A stretch of 46,354 bases of DNA from Candidatus Abawacabacteria bacterium RBG_16_42_10 (GTDB taxonomy: Bacteria; Patescibacteriota; Gracilibacteria; RBG-16-42-10): positions 50,485 to 96,838 of the forward strand of contig MEWR01000023.1 in assembly GCA_001773455.1 (NCBI GenBank). Direction: 5' to 3'. Under the pieces are notes generated by a model. That model was not told where the DNA came from, ran no database searches, and saw only the letters and a program-made list of their open reading frames with translations. Each line of letters begins with the position of its first letter. Position 1 is the stretch's first letter. A program made the position numbers and the translations under genes. Positions 25,132-33,586 of this stretch are shown piece by piece.

Positions 25132-26070
25132 ATGAATATTTTGGTTTTTGGTGACGATCCAGCCCAGGTAAGGAAGAAAACAGCAGATCTGAAAGCAAGA
25201 TTTTTGCAAGTAAATCCTGGTGGGGAGGTAATTATCTTGTATGCTGATGATTTACCAGGCATAGGCAGTCTCACTGACATGCTCACAACAGTTTCTCTGA
25301 CAGGGGATAAGAAATGCATCATTTTCAAAAATCTTCTTTCCACCAAGCTTGAACAGCAAGAACAGATTGAAGAGTTACTGAAGCAGAGTGATCAAGAAAT
25401 GACTACATTGGTATTTAGCGAAGAAAACAGTGATGTACTTAAGAAAACCTTTGTAAAAAAAATGACAAAAGAAGGCATTCTCTTAGAGAAGTATATTTTC
25501 TCTTGCCAGAAAGCCCGTGTGTTAAGGCTTGATCTTGTTCTTGGTCAGGAAGAAAAGAATTATCTGAATCAGCTGTATCAGAGTGACCCTGAAATGGTGG
25601 AGAGGGAGATAGAAAAAATTGCACTGTTACAAAGAGCCGGGAAGCCGGAATTGATTCCTGAAGTTTTTAGTGATTATGAATTTTCACTTTCGGTCTTTTG
25701 TTTTACCGATGCTTTGTTTGCAAAGAATTATTCTCAGGCCTCGGTTTATCTTCGCCAGCTTTTCGATCAAGATCACAATGAACATATGCTTCTGAGTATG
25801 ATCATCAATCATGTGAAGAAAATACTTTTTATACTTGACGCTGAAAATAAAAAACACGACGTGAGTAAGGTGATCAAGGAGATGAAAATTCATCCTTTTG
25901 TGGCCAAAAATTTATTGCAACAAAAGCAAAGATTCTCTTTGTCGGAAGTGAAATCGTGGCTTGCTAGATTGCTCGAAATTGATTTGTTGTCTAAACAGGG
26001 CAAAGTCAATGCGAAGCTAGCTCTAGAGCAGTTTTGTGTTAGTATAGGAACTAGAAGAATTAACAATTAG
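25132..26070 (+). CDS. holA: DNA polymerase III delta subunit-like
   Basis: Size and the C-terminal pattern HPFVAKNLLQQKQRFSLSEVKSWLARLLEIDLLSKQGK are typical of HolA. Similarity is judged by eye only. Confidence 0.55.
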   Translation: MNILVFGDDPAQVRKKTADLKARFLQVNPGGEVIILYADDLPGIGSLTDMLTTVSLTGDKKCIIFKNLLSTKLEQQEQIEELLKQSDQEMTTLVFSEENSDVLKKTFVKKMTKEGILLEKYIFSCQKARVLRLDLVLGQEEKNYLNQLYQSDPEMVEREIEKIALLQRAGKPELIPEVFSDYEFSLSVFCFTDALFAKNYSQASVYLRQLFDQDHNEHMLLSMIINHVKKILFILDAENKKHDVSKVIKEMKIHPFVAKNLLQQKQRFSLSEVKSWLARLLEIDLLSKQGKVNAKLALEQFCVSIGTRRINN

Positions 26071-26115
26071 TAATCAAATTGATAATTTTAAATTGTTAAT
26101 TGTTAATTGGATTTT

Positions 26116-26502
26116 ATGATTCGTAAGCGTTGGCAGGAACATTCTTCGATGAGGATTGTACTTGGCGTTTGTATCGTGCTGGCCATGTATCAGATGTATA
26201 CCTATGCGGTCAAAAGCTATCAGGACTATCAGATAAATCAGCAAATCAAAGATAGTGAAGCGGAAATCAGTAAGCTTGAAAGTGAAAATCGACTTATGCA
26301 GGAGTACTTGAAATATCTCAGTAGCGAGGCTTATAAAGAAAAAGAAGCGAAGCGAATTAAAAATGTCAAAAATCCCAATGAAGAAGTGTTTGTAATCAAA
26401 CAAGAAGGCTTGGAGAAAGTATCTTCCCAGGAAGATCAAGCTATCATGCAATGGCAATCACTAAGTACCATGGGGCGATGGTGGAAATTTTTTACTCGAT
26501 AA
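26116..26502 (+). CDS. Septum formation initiator (FtsB/DivIC-like)
   Basis: One TM helix, a coiled coil (AEISKLESENRLMQEYLKYL), then SEAYKEKEAKRIKNVKNPNEEVFVI. Confidence 0.6.
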   Translation: MIRKRWQEHSSMRIVLGVCIVLAMYQMYTYAVKSYQDYQINQQIKDSEAEISKLESENRLMQEYLKYLSSEAYKEKEAKRIKNVKNPNEEVFVIKQEGLEKVSSQEDQAIMQWQSLSTMGRWWKFFTR

Positions 26503-26504
26503 GT

Positions 26505-27665
26505 ATGCTTGGAGAAATTATTTTACGTGCAGGAAGAGAAAAATCAGTTCAAAAATGGCATCCTTGGATTTTTTCTGGTGCAATTGCCTCGAGCGATGCC
26601 AAATCTGGTGATATGGTTGATATACTTGATCATAAAAAAAATTGGCTAGCCCGTGGTTATTATCACCAAGAGACGAATATCGCATGTCGTATACTGACTT
26701 TTCAAAACGAAGAGCCCATTGATGCAGCTTTCTTTTTGAAACAATTTCAGACTGCTCTGCTGAGGCGTAAACCATTTTTGGTGCAAACCAACGGTTACCG
26801 TTTAGTTTTTGGTGAAGCTGATATGCTTCCCGGCCTTGTGATAGATATTTTTGATCGCTCTGCCGTCATTCAAATATCAACACTCGGTATGGATAGGCTG
26901 AGAGAAATCATTGTAGAGACTTTACCAAAGGTACTGAATCTAGAATGTATCTATGAAAAAAGTGACAGTGAAAGCAGGGAAATAGAGGGGATAAGTCCGC
27001 AAATTGGATTACTTTGGGGCAAATTGCCTGAACAAGTTATCATTCAAGATCATGGTGCCAAATTCTTTGTTGATATCGATCATGGTCAGAAAACTGGCTT
27101 CTTTCTCGACCAACGTGAAAATCGTCTGAGTGCTGCAGAGTATGTGAAAGATAAAAGTGTTTTAAATACTTTTTCTTATACGGGAGCTTTTGCTATCCAT
27201 GCTGCATTGGCTGGAGCAAAACGGGTGGTATCAGTCGATAGCTCTACCGATGCAATAAATCTTGGTAAAAAAAATGCCACTCTCAATAATGTAGAGAATA
27301 TCTGTCAGTGGGATGTTGAGGATGTCTTTGAATATCTGAAGAAAACCGATGAGGAATTTGATGTGATTATTCTTGACCCTCCGGGTTTTGTAAAAAGCAA
27401 AAGAGACTTAACCGCCGGGACAAATGCATACCGTGTTTTGCATCAATTAGCTTTGAAGAGACTAACTGAAAATGGATTACTCATTACTTCATCGTGTTCT
27501 ACGTGGGTAGATCGATTGCTCTTTCACAAAATTGCTTTCTGGGCTTGTGAAAAAGAGGGATACCAGCTCCGTCTCATCGAGGAACGTGGCCATACCTGGG
27601 ATCATCCTATTTCGGTGTTTTTCCCGGAAGGGCAGTATCTGAAATTTGCCGTATATCAAGGATAA
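26505..27665 (+). CDS. rlmI: 23S rRNA (cytosine-C5)-methyltransferase RlmI-like (PUA + SAM MTase)
   Basis: HPWIFSGAI PUA-type start, QKTGFFLDQREN, VLNTFSYTGAF, IILDPPGF. Confidence 0.8.
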   Translation: MLGEIILRAGREKSVQKWHPWIFSGAIASSDAKSGDMVDILDHKKNWLARGYYHQETNIACRILTFQNEEPIDAAFFLKQFQTALLRRKPFLVQTNGYRLVFGEADMLPGLVIDIFDRSAVIQISTLGMDRLREIIVETLPKVLNLECIYEKSDSESREIEGISPQIGLLWGKLPEQVIIQDHGAKFFVDIDHGQKTGFFLDQRENRLSAAEYVKDKSVLNTFSYTGAFAIHAALAGAKRVVSVDSSTDAINLGKKNATLNNVENICQWDVEDVFEYLKKTDEEFDVIILDPPGFVKSKRDLTAGTNAYRVLHQLALKRLTENGLLITSSCSTWVDRLLFHKIAFWACEKEGYQLRLIEERGHTWDHPISVFFPEGQYLKFAVYQG

Positions 27666-27675
27666 TTCTCAAAAT

Positions 27676-27710
27676 AAAAGAGCCCCCGGAAGCCATCCAG
27701 AAGCTCTTTT
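27676..27710. terminator. Hairpin between convergent genes (possible bidirectional terminator)
   Basis: AAAAGAGC-N19-GCTCTTTT. Confidence 0.4.
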
Positions 27711-27735
27711 GATGGTCGCTCTATTTAGAGAACAA

Positions 27736-28629
27736 TTACGTTGGATTCAAGAAAATTTGCATCATCGATTCTAACTTCTCACCATTGATAACTGTGCAGT
27801 CCACTTCTCTCTGAATTGGGGGATTTTCTCCCTGTTGGAAATCGATTCTGTAGGTGATATCGAAGAAACTATCTACTTGGAAAGGTTGAACACTCTGTAA
27901 TTGCAATTGTAGCATTTCAGTTTCAATGGTCTCCATGCTGCCATGTGCCAATGGCTGCGTTGGACTATCTCGTCTAACAACAGTCACATCGGCGCTATAG
28001 CCAAGTTTTGATGGTGGTACTACTACGGTTGGGGTAGGGAATTCACTATCACCAGGATTATCAGGTGGATTAACAACTAATTTACAACCATGAGGAGGAG
28101 GGAAAATGACAGTAATATCATTGACGAGATTGGAGCTTCCGCCTTCATCGTCACAATCTGGCTCCAGGAGAAGTTTCTCTACGAGTTTATTACTGCGTTT
28201 ATCGTACATTTCCACCAAAACAGGATTTGGTAATACTGCTTGATGAGTGTCAATTTCTACGTCTGTATAAGGAGGGACAATTGTATAGTAATCTCCTGCA
28301 GCTTTTGTGTCCTTTACCAATGCTCCCTGACCGTGCAATGTGTCAGGATCCATAAGCTCTTTACTGTGTGATCCTTCAACTGCACTCCAGATTTTGAAGT
28401 ATGCGGTAAAGCGTCTTTCAGTAAAGGCCTTTAATGATATATAAGGTGTACAAGAGATCTCGGTATGATCAAGTGGAACGAGGTTAACTCTCCCAAATGA
28501 TGGCTCCACACGAGAAAATTGTGCCAATGCTCCGTCACCCGCGAGTGAGAATACTTGCATACTGATGACACTGCTTACGATCACTGCCACCACACTGAGA
28601 CAGATCGAAAGTGATTGTAGATGTTTCAT
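27736..28629 (-). CDS. Hypothetical secreted protein (297 aa)
   Basis: N-terminal signal/anchor LSICLSVVAVIVSSVISMQVFS. Located downstream of the ABC-2 exporter genes on the same strand. Confidence 0.55.
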   Translation of the reverse strand: MKHLQSLSICLSVVAVIVSSVISMQVFSLAGDGALAQFSRVEPSFGRVNLVPLDHTEISCTPYISLKAFTERRFTAYFKIWSAVEGSHSKELMDPDTLHGQGALVKDTKAAGDYYTIVPPYTDVEIDTHQAVLPNPVLVEMYDKRSNKLVEKLLLEPDCDDEGGSSNLVNDITVIFPPPHGCKLVVNPPDNPGDSEFPTPTVVVPPSKLGYSADVTVVRRDSPTQPLAHGSMETIETEMLQLQLQSVQPFQVDSFFDITYRIDFQQGENPPIQREVDCTVINGEKLESMMQIFLNPT

Positions 28630-28720
28630 GTTTGTTTTGGTTAATAAATAAACAACTCATCTCATTCTACACCTCTTCGGGAGAGCGTGTCTATGCTGTT
28701 GCTGTATATAGGAAGCTAAT

Positions 28721-29509
28721 TTATGTGAGTTTTACCAAAAGACCTCTTATCTTGGTTGCTTCAAATGTTTTCTTGAAGATAACAAGAGAAATGGGGAAAT
28801 AAAATATATTAAGTATTAAGGCCCACCAAAAATATGTTGAAGAAAATGTGCTGTCTGTCAGCACTTGTCGCATGCCTTCAAATGCATGAGCAGTAGGTAA
28901 AAACCACGCGATAGACTGTAGCCATTGTGGAAGTGACGATAAGGGATAGAACACACAGGAAACCGGTTGCAATAGACCAGCAAAACTCCAGGCTAATATC
29001 TGTACTTTTGTTGTATAGCGAAGGATAAGGGCTGTTATACAAATACCAATGGCTGCAGCAAAAAATAAGAGATTTAACACATATGGTATCAGTAGTAGTA
29101 TATGGGGAAAAATGTTGAAGGAATAAAATATCAGCGCACAAAGAGAAGCAGTGAAGGATCCTATGATTATTTTAAAAATACTGATTGATGCTACTCCTGT
29201 AAGGTATTCCCACATGGTGATAGGAGTTGAAAAAATATTCAGCAGATTTCTTGACCAGAGCTCTTCGAGAAATCCTACTGCGAAGTCTCTTTGAAACGCA
29301 TAGAAAATACTCCAGAGAATAATTGCTCCCATAAGGAAATTGATAATACTTGGTCCAAAGGTATTATTGGTAGAAATATAGAAGGAGAAAAATCCCCAGA
29401 CAATGACATCAATGATTGGCCAATAGAAAACATCCATTGATCGATCAATGTTGTGACGAATATCGTAAAGATGTCGGCGCATTACCGCTTTTATTCGGTG
29501 TATTTTCAT
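28721..29509 (-). CDS. ABC-2 type transporter permease
   Basis: Six predicted TM helices. 4-nt overlap with the upstream ATPase gene. Confidence 0.75.
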   Translation of the reverse strand: MKIHRIKAVMRRHLYDIRHNIDRSMDVFYWPIIDVIVWGFFSFYISTNNTFGPSIINFLMGAIILWSIFYAFQRDFAVGFLEELWSRNLLNIFSTPITMWEYLTGVASISIFKIIIGSFTASLCALIFYSFNIFPHILLLIPYVLNLLFFAAAIGICITALILRYTTKVQILAWSFAGLLQPVSCVFYPLSSLPQWLQSIAWFLPTAHAFEGMRQVLTDSTFSSTYFWWALILNIFYFPISLVIFKKTFEATKIRGLLVKLT

Positions 29510-30249
29510 ATTGTTTTTGTATCTTTAATAACTCTAAAAAACACCTCCTCGAGAGCTGGTTCATTTCGTTCTTCGTTTAAGATAGCCTTGGTGATTTCAA
29601 TTGGTGTGCCATCAGCAATTATTTTCCCATGATTCAAAAAGACAATTCGATCGCAGATATTTTCTGTTTCAGCCATATTGTGAGAAGTATAGAGAATCGA
29701 GGTGTTCTCTTGTTCCCTGATTCGCAGTAAAATTTCTCGGACATGATGAGAAATCTCTGGATCTAGTGATGCCGTTGGTTCATCAAGCAGTAAGAGTTTT
29801 GGTTTGTTCAAGAGCGATTTGCATAATCCAACTCTGGTATTTTGTCCGGAAGAAAGTGTACCAGCTGGCTCGTCTTGTAAATCAGCGATTTCAAACATTT
29901 CCAATAATTCTTCAATCCTCTTTTTAGGATGTTCGATATTGTATATACATGCAAAAACCATGAGATTTTCAAATACGGTCAATCTATACGGAAGTGACAC
30001 ATATGGAGATGCAAAATTCATTTGCTGCAGGATTTCCTCTCGGTGTTTCCGAAAGTCTTTACCAAATATCGAAATCTCTCCTCCACTTGGGGTGATGAGA
30101 TCAAGGAGCATATGAATAGTAGTCGTTTTCCCTGCGCCATTTGGGCCAAGAAAACCCACAATCTCGCCTTTACCCATACTAAAAGAGATATTGTCTACTG
30201 CAGTAAAATCTGCAAATCGTTTTGTGAGGTTTTTTACTTCTACTACCAT
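29506..30249 (-). CDS. ABC transporter ATP-binding protein
   Basis: Walker A GPNGAGKTT, signature LSSGQ, Walker B LLLLDEPT. Confidence 0.9.
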   Translation of the reverse strand: MVVEVKNLTKRFADFTAVDNISFSMGKGEIVGFLGPNGAGKTTTIHMLLDLITPSGGEISIFGKDFRKHREEILQQMNFASPYVSLPYRLTVFENLMVFACIYNIEHPKKRIEELLEMFEIADLQDEPAGTLSSGQNTRVGLCKSLLNKPKLLLLDEPTASLDPEISHHVREILLRIREQENTSILYTSHNMAETENICDRIVFLNHGKIIADGTPIEITKAILNEERNEPALEEVFFRVIKDTKTI

Positions 30250-30305
30250 AAGAAAAAATTTGGTTGTCCCGAAGGGAGGCCATCGCCCGGGGGACTTTAG
30301 AAAAT

Positions 30306-30367
30306 TGGTTGCGGGGGTTGGACTCGAACCCTAACGATCCCGCTCAGCGGGATTATGAGCCTTGCGA
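30306..30367 (-). pseudogene. 3' two-thirds of a tRNA-fMet gene in which 8 nt (3' anticodon-stem strand plus start of the variable loop) are replaced by the hairpin TCCCGC-TGA-GCGGGA
   Basis: Minus strand: TCGCAAGGCTCATAA-TCCCGCTGAGCGGGA-TCGTTAGGGTTCGAGTCCAACCCCCGCAACCA. The intact gene has TCGCAAGGCTCATAA-CCTTGAGG-TCGTTGGTTCGAGTCCAACCCCCGCAACCA. Confidence 0.8.
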
Positions 30368-30610
30368 AAGACCAGTAATCTTATAAAACCCATTTCCTCC
30401 TTTCTGAGCTTTTAACGTGTTTTCTAATTTTCTTGCTTCAGAAAGTGAAAGAAATTTACTACACCATACCAGATTCCATGGTCCTTTAAAACGCGTCCAA
30501 ACAGATTGGTTGAAGCTGTGCTCAAACAACCGTTTTTCAATATTACTAGAGAGTCCTATATGTTTTCTACCTAAATCGTTTTTTAAAACATAAACTTGGT
30601 ATTGAGGCAT
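30353..30610 (-). CDS. GIY-YIG nuclease family protein (85 aa)
   Basis: MPQYQVYVLKNDLGRKHIGLSSNIEKRLFEH...SLSEARKLENTLKAQKG. The last five codons and the TAA stop (TCG CAA GGC TCA TAA) are encoded by the anticodon stem-loop of the tRNA-fMet remnant. Confidence 0.8.
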   Translation of the reverse strand: MPQYQVYVLKNDLGRKHIGLSSNIEKRLFEHSFNQSVWTRFKGPWNLVWCSKFLSLSEARKLENTLKAQKGGNGFYKITGLSQGS

Positions 30611-30670
30611 ATCAAAAGAAGTTTCATGCCTACCATAGCAAGTAAATAATGAAATTATTCAAACAAAAAT

Positions 30671-30746
30671 TGGTTGCGGGGGTTGGACTCGAACCAACGA
30701 CCTCAAGGTTATGAGCCTTGCGAGCTGCCAACTGCTCTACCCCGCG
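30671..30746 (-). tRNA. tRNA-fMet (initiator, anticodon CAT)
   Basis: CGCGGGG-TA-GAGC-AGTTGGCA-GCTC-G-CAAGG-CTCATAA-CCTTG-AGGTC-GTTGG-TTCGAGT-CCAAC-CCCCGCA-ACCA. The C1/A72 mismatch is typical of bacterial initiator tRNA. Confidence 0.85.
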
Positions 30747-30875
30747 CCGAAAAATATTGGATTTTCAAGGCACGTAAGGATTCTACTCACTTTTTATATT
30801 TGTGCAACCTTTTTTGCGCTACCTTACATCGGAAAGATATGTCCTATATAATCGCGAGTGATTTTAACTTTTTAT

Positions 30876-31406
30876 ATGACCAATCCTCATCTCCATGAAG
30901 TGGTGATTACAGCTATCATCGTCAAAGACGATAAGTATTTGATCACTCGTAGGGTGAAAACAAAAAAACGTTTTCCGGGTATGTGGACTGTCCCAGGGGG
31001 GAAATTAGAGGTCGACGATTACAAAAAGTTACCTAAGGATACCAAAGAATATTGGTACAATGTATTAGAAAAAACCTTGCGTAGGGAAGTAAGCGAAGAA
31101 GTTGGTATTGATATCGATAATATTGAGTATGTGACCAGCTTGGCGACGGTTCATGCTGATGGAGCACCTTCTCTCGTTATTTCTTGCATGGCAGATTATG
31201 CTTCTGGGGAAATCACTTTGCAGCCTGAAGAAACTGATGAATTTGCTTGGGTTGATATCGAAGAAGCCAAGAAATATGACTTGATCGATGGTATTTTGGA
31301 TGAACTGGTTGTTGCCGATAACAAACGTAAGGGCATAAGAGTGAAATGGCAGAAAGTAGTGCAGACTGAGGTTACTATTCCCCAGGACGCTAAAGTAGCA
31401 AGATAA
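30876..31406 (+). CDS. Nudix hydrolase
   Basis: GGKLEVDD...TLRREVSEEVGIDI Nudix box. Confidence 0.7.
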   Translation: MTNPHLHEVVITAIIVKDDKYLITRRVKTKKRFPGMWTVPGGKLEVDDYKKLPKDTKEYWYNVLEKTLRREVSEEVGIDIDNIEYVTSLATVHADGAPSLVISCMADYASGEITLQPEETDEFAWVDIEEAKKYDLIDGILDELVVADNKRKGIRVKWQKVVQTEVTIPQDAKVAR

Positions 31407-31461
31407 AAACATTGCAGTGTTCCTAGGACACGATATAGTACTGAAGATCTAATCGATTTTT

Positions 31462-31863
31462 ATGCATTTAAAACTCATGAGTGTTGTTAGTGTGAGCTTT
31501 TTGCTTCTTGCTTGCGATTATTCAGCAACTCAACAAACTACCCCAGTCCCTCAGAGCACAGCTAAAGCTGATGTTACTATTGAAATTACAAATGATGGCT
31601 TCAACCCAGCGAGTATTACTATCAACAAAGGACAAACTGTTGAATTTGTAAACCGTGATTCAGCGCTTCATTGGCCAGCTTCAGCTATGCACCCTACCCA
31701 TTCGGAGTACCCAACGACCGGAGGATGTGTTGGCAGTTCATTTGATGCCTGCCATGGTTTACAAAATGGAGAGAAATTTGTTTTCACATTTGATCAAATC
31801 GGTACGTGGAAATATCATGATCATTTGAATATTACGAAATTTGGCAGTATTGAAGTAAAATAA
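31462..31863 (+). CDS. Cupredoxin-fold lipoprotein (plastocyanin-like, without the canonical Cys-His-Met site)
   Basis: Lipobox LLLACD. GFNPASITINKGQTVEFVNRD...WKYHDHLNITKFGSIEV resembles the C-terminal domain of 11546-12412. Confidence 0.65.
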   Translation: MHLKLMSVVSVSFLLLACDYSATQQTTPVPQSTAKADVTIEITNDGFNPASITINKGQTVEFVNRDSALHWPASAMHPTHSEYPTTGGCVGSSFDACHGLQNGEKFVFTFDQIGTWKYHDHLNITKFGSIEVK

Positions 31864-31866
31864 AAG

Positions 31867-31941
31867 TGGAGCCACTTGTCGGACTTGAACCGACAACCTT
31901 TCGCTTACAAAGCGATTGCTCTACCATTGAGCTAAAGTGGC
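31867..31941 (-). tRNA. tRNA-Thr (anticodon TGT)
   Basis: GCCACTT-TA-GCTC-AATGGTA-GAGC-A-ATCGC-TTTGTAA-GCGAA-AGGTT-GTCGG-TTCAAGT-CCGAC-AAGTGGC-TCCA. Confidence 0.85.
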
Positions 31942-32030
31942 ATAACGAACAGCGCTTGCATCTTACTGACGAATATAGTTCTGTTCAAGTCTTCTTATCT
32001 ATGAATTTTAATAGCTGACACATAAGCCAA

Positions 32031-32047
32031 ATTCGGAATTTCCGAAT
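32031..32047. promoter_or_regulatory. 17-nt palindrome ATTCGGAA-T-TTCCGAAT upstream of the VanX-like gene
   Basis: Read directly: 8-bp arms around one central base. Candidate operator. Confidence 0.3.
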
Positions 32048-32136
32048 CTTGTATTAGTATGCCCACTCCTATGCAAAAAATGCATATTCCTTCATCATCT
32101 GGTATTATTACAACCTGTTTTTAATCAAAAATACGT

Positions 32137-32874
32137 ATGTCAGATAGAATACCGCAAAGCTCAGCAGATTTCTTTGGCTACACAAAAAAAGTTCATCTTA
32201 CCCTTATTGCTGCTCCTGAGGTTGTTGCTATTCCAATTCAAGAGAACAATGAGCCACTAGTGGATATCATGGATAACAATGAGTTGGTATTCGATGAAGT
32301 GTACAATCAGCCACATATAGGCTCCCTTGTCCGTCGCGCTGTTTTAAAGAAACTCTTAGCTGCTCAAAGATCATTGCCATCAGGTCTGCAAATCCAGATT
32401 CGAGAAGGATATAGACCATTAGAAGTACAAAAAAACTATTGGGATGAATATTGTGCCAAACTCGAAACAAAATATCCCACATGGTCACAGGAGCAAATCA
32501 GAGATGAAGCAATGAGATTTGTAGCGCCTCCTGATATTGTGCCCCCTCATACAACCGGAGGGGCTGTTGATTTAACTTTAGTTCATATGCTCGGGGCTTC
32601 TCTTTATATGGGAAAGTCTATTTATAAAGGGAAATCTCTTGATATGGGTACAGACATGAATGATGAAGAAGCTAGTCTCAACAAAGCTAGCTATACAGCC
32701 AATCCCAATATTTCAACCGAAGCGAGAAAAAATCGAGACCTATTAGTAAAAGCAATGACTGGGGTAGGATTTATTAATTATCCTACCGAGTGGTGGCATT
32801 GGTCTTATGGAGATAGATACTGGGCACATCAAACCAAGTCTGCTCATGCTATTTATGGAACAGTGTTACGATAA
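32137..32874 (+). CDS. D-alanyl-D-alanine dipeptidase (VanX/DdpX, peptidase M15D)
   Basis: REGYRPLEVQ, PPHTTGGAVDLTL, EWWHWSYGD motifs. Confidence 0.8.
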   Translation: MSDRIPQSSADFFGYTKKVHLTLIAAPEVVAIPIQENNEPLVDIMDNNELVFDEVYNQPHIGSLVRRAVLKKLLAAQRSLPSGLQIQIREGYRPLEVQKNYWDEYCAKLETKYPTWSQEQIRDEAMRFVAPPDIVPPHTTGGAVDLTLVHMLGASLYMGKSIYKGKSLDMGTDMNDEEASLNKASYTANPNISTEARKNRDLLVKAMTGVGFINYPTEWWHWSYGDRYWAHQTKSAHAIYGTVLR

Positions 32875-33534
32875 GGACTTTGGTTGGCATATATTGATTC
32901 TTCTGCTTGCTCTTAAAATGTAGTTGTTCTTTTCTAAAAACTCTTGAATATCTCTTTGGTTCTTTTTAGGCATCATTGACTGATTGAAATCATCGACTGA
33001 ATCGAACTGAAAAACAGTTTCATCATCAATTTCAGCAATTGATCTTAATCTTCTGTGTTTTTGTATAGCATCATAAGCTGCGACTTTTTCTTTCCTTTCA
33101 TCTCCATCACAAGCATCAAAGGTAATTTCTGCATCAAAAAATGTGCCATCTTGGGCTGGTTCTAAGAAAATGATATATGCATTTGTGCGTGTTACTCGAA
33201 CAGCTTCATTAATGGCAGTTTCCATCATCTCTATAGGAACATGGTGGAGAGATAACGTGAAAATAATGGCATCAAATGATTGATCTCCAAATGATAAGCT
33301 TTCTGCTGGTCCTACACAGAATGATGCGTTGGGAATGTTTCTTGCTAATGCTTGTCTTAATTTGTGCTTATCAGGTTCAATTGCATGCAAAGCAGTACAA
33401 CGACTAGCAATTTCAATAGAACGTGACCCATCACCGCAGCCGATTTCTAGGACTGATAAATCTTTCAGTGGAACAACTGTTTCAACCTTACCCAGAAATT
33501 CTTCTTTTATTCGGCGCATAAAGCAATTGATCAA
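32866..33534 (-). CDS. Class I SAM-dependent methyltransferase
   Basis: VLEIGCGDGSRS motif I, DAIIFTLSLHH. Confidence 0.75.
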   Translation of the reverse strand: MINCFMRRIKEEFLGKVETVVPLKDLSVLEIGCGDGSRSIEIASRCTALHAIEPDKHKLRQALARNIPNASFCVGPAESLSFGDQSFDAIIFTLSLHHVPIEMMETAINEAVRVTRTNAYIIFLEPAQDGTFFDAEITFDACDGDERKEKVAAYDAIQKHRRLRSIAEIDDETVFQFDSVDDFNQSMMPKKNQRDIQEFLEKNNYILRASRRINICQPKSLS

Positions 33535-33586
33535 TAAGCAATTATTTTTAGTAAAGTGCTTCTCTGAGAATATCCCTTAAATTAAT

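Noticed and set aside
25123-26070. YADD motif (VIILYADDLPG) as a reverse-transcriptase signature
   Set aside because: The context is a HolA-like protein, no other RT motifs (1-7) are present, and the size and C-terminal pattern fit the DNA polymerase III delta subunit.
26074-26457. 127-aa ORF on the minus strand
   Set aside because: It is antisense to the FtsB/DivIC-like gene, which has a TM helix plus coiled-coil logic. The minus-strand product is low-complexity and Phe/Ile-rich.
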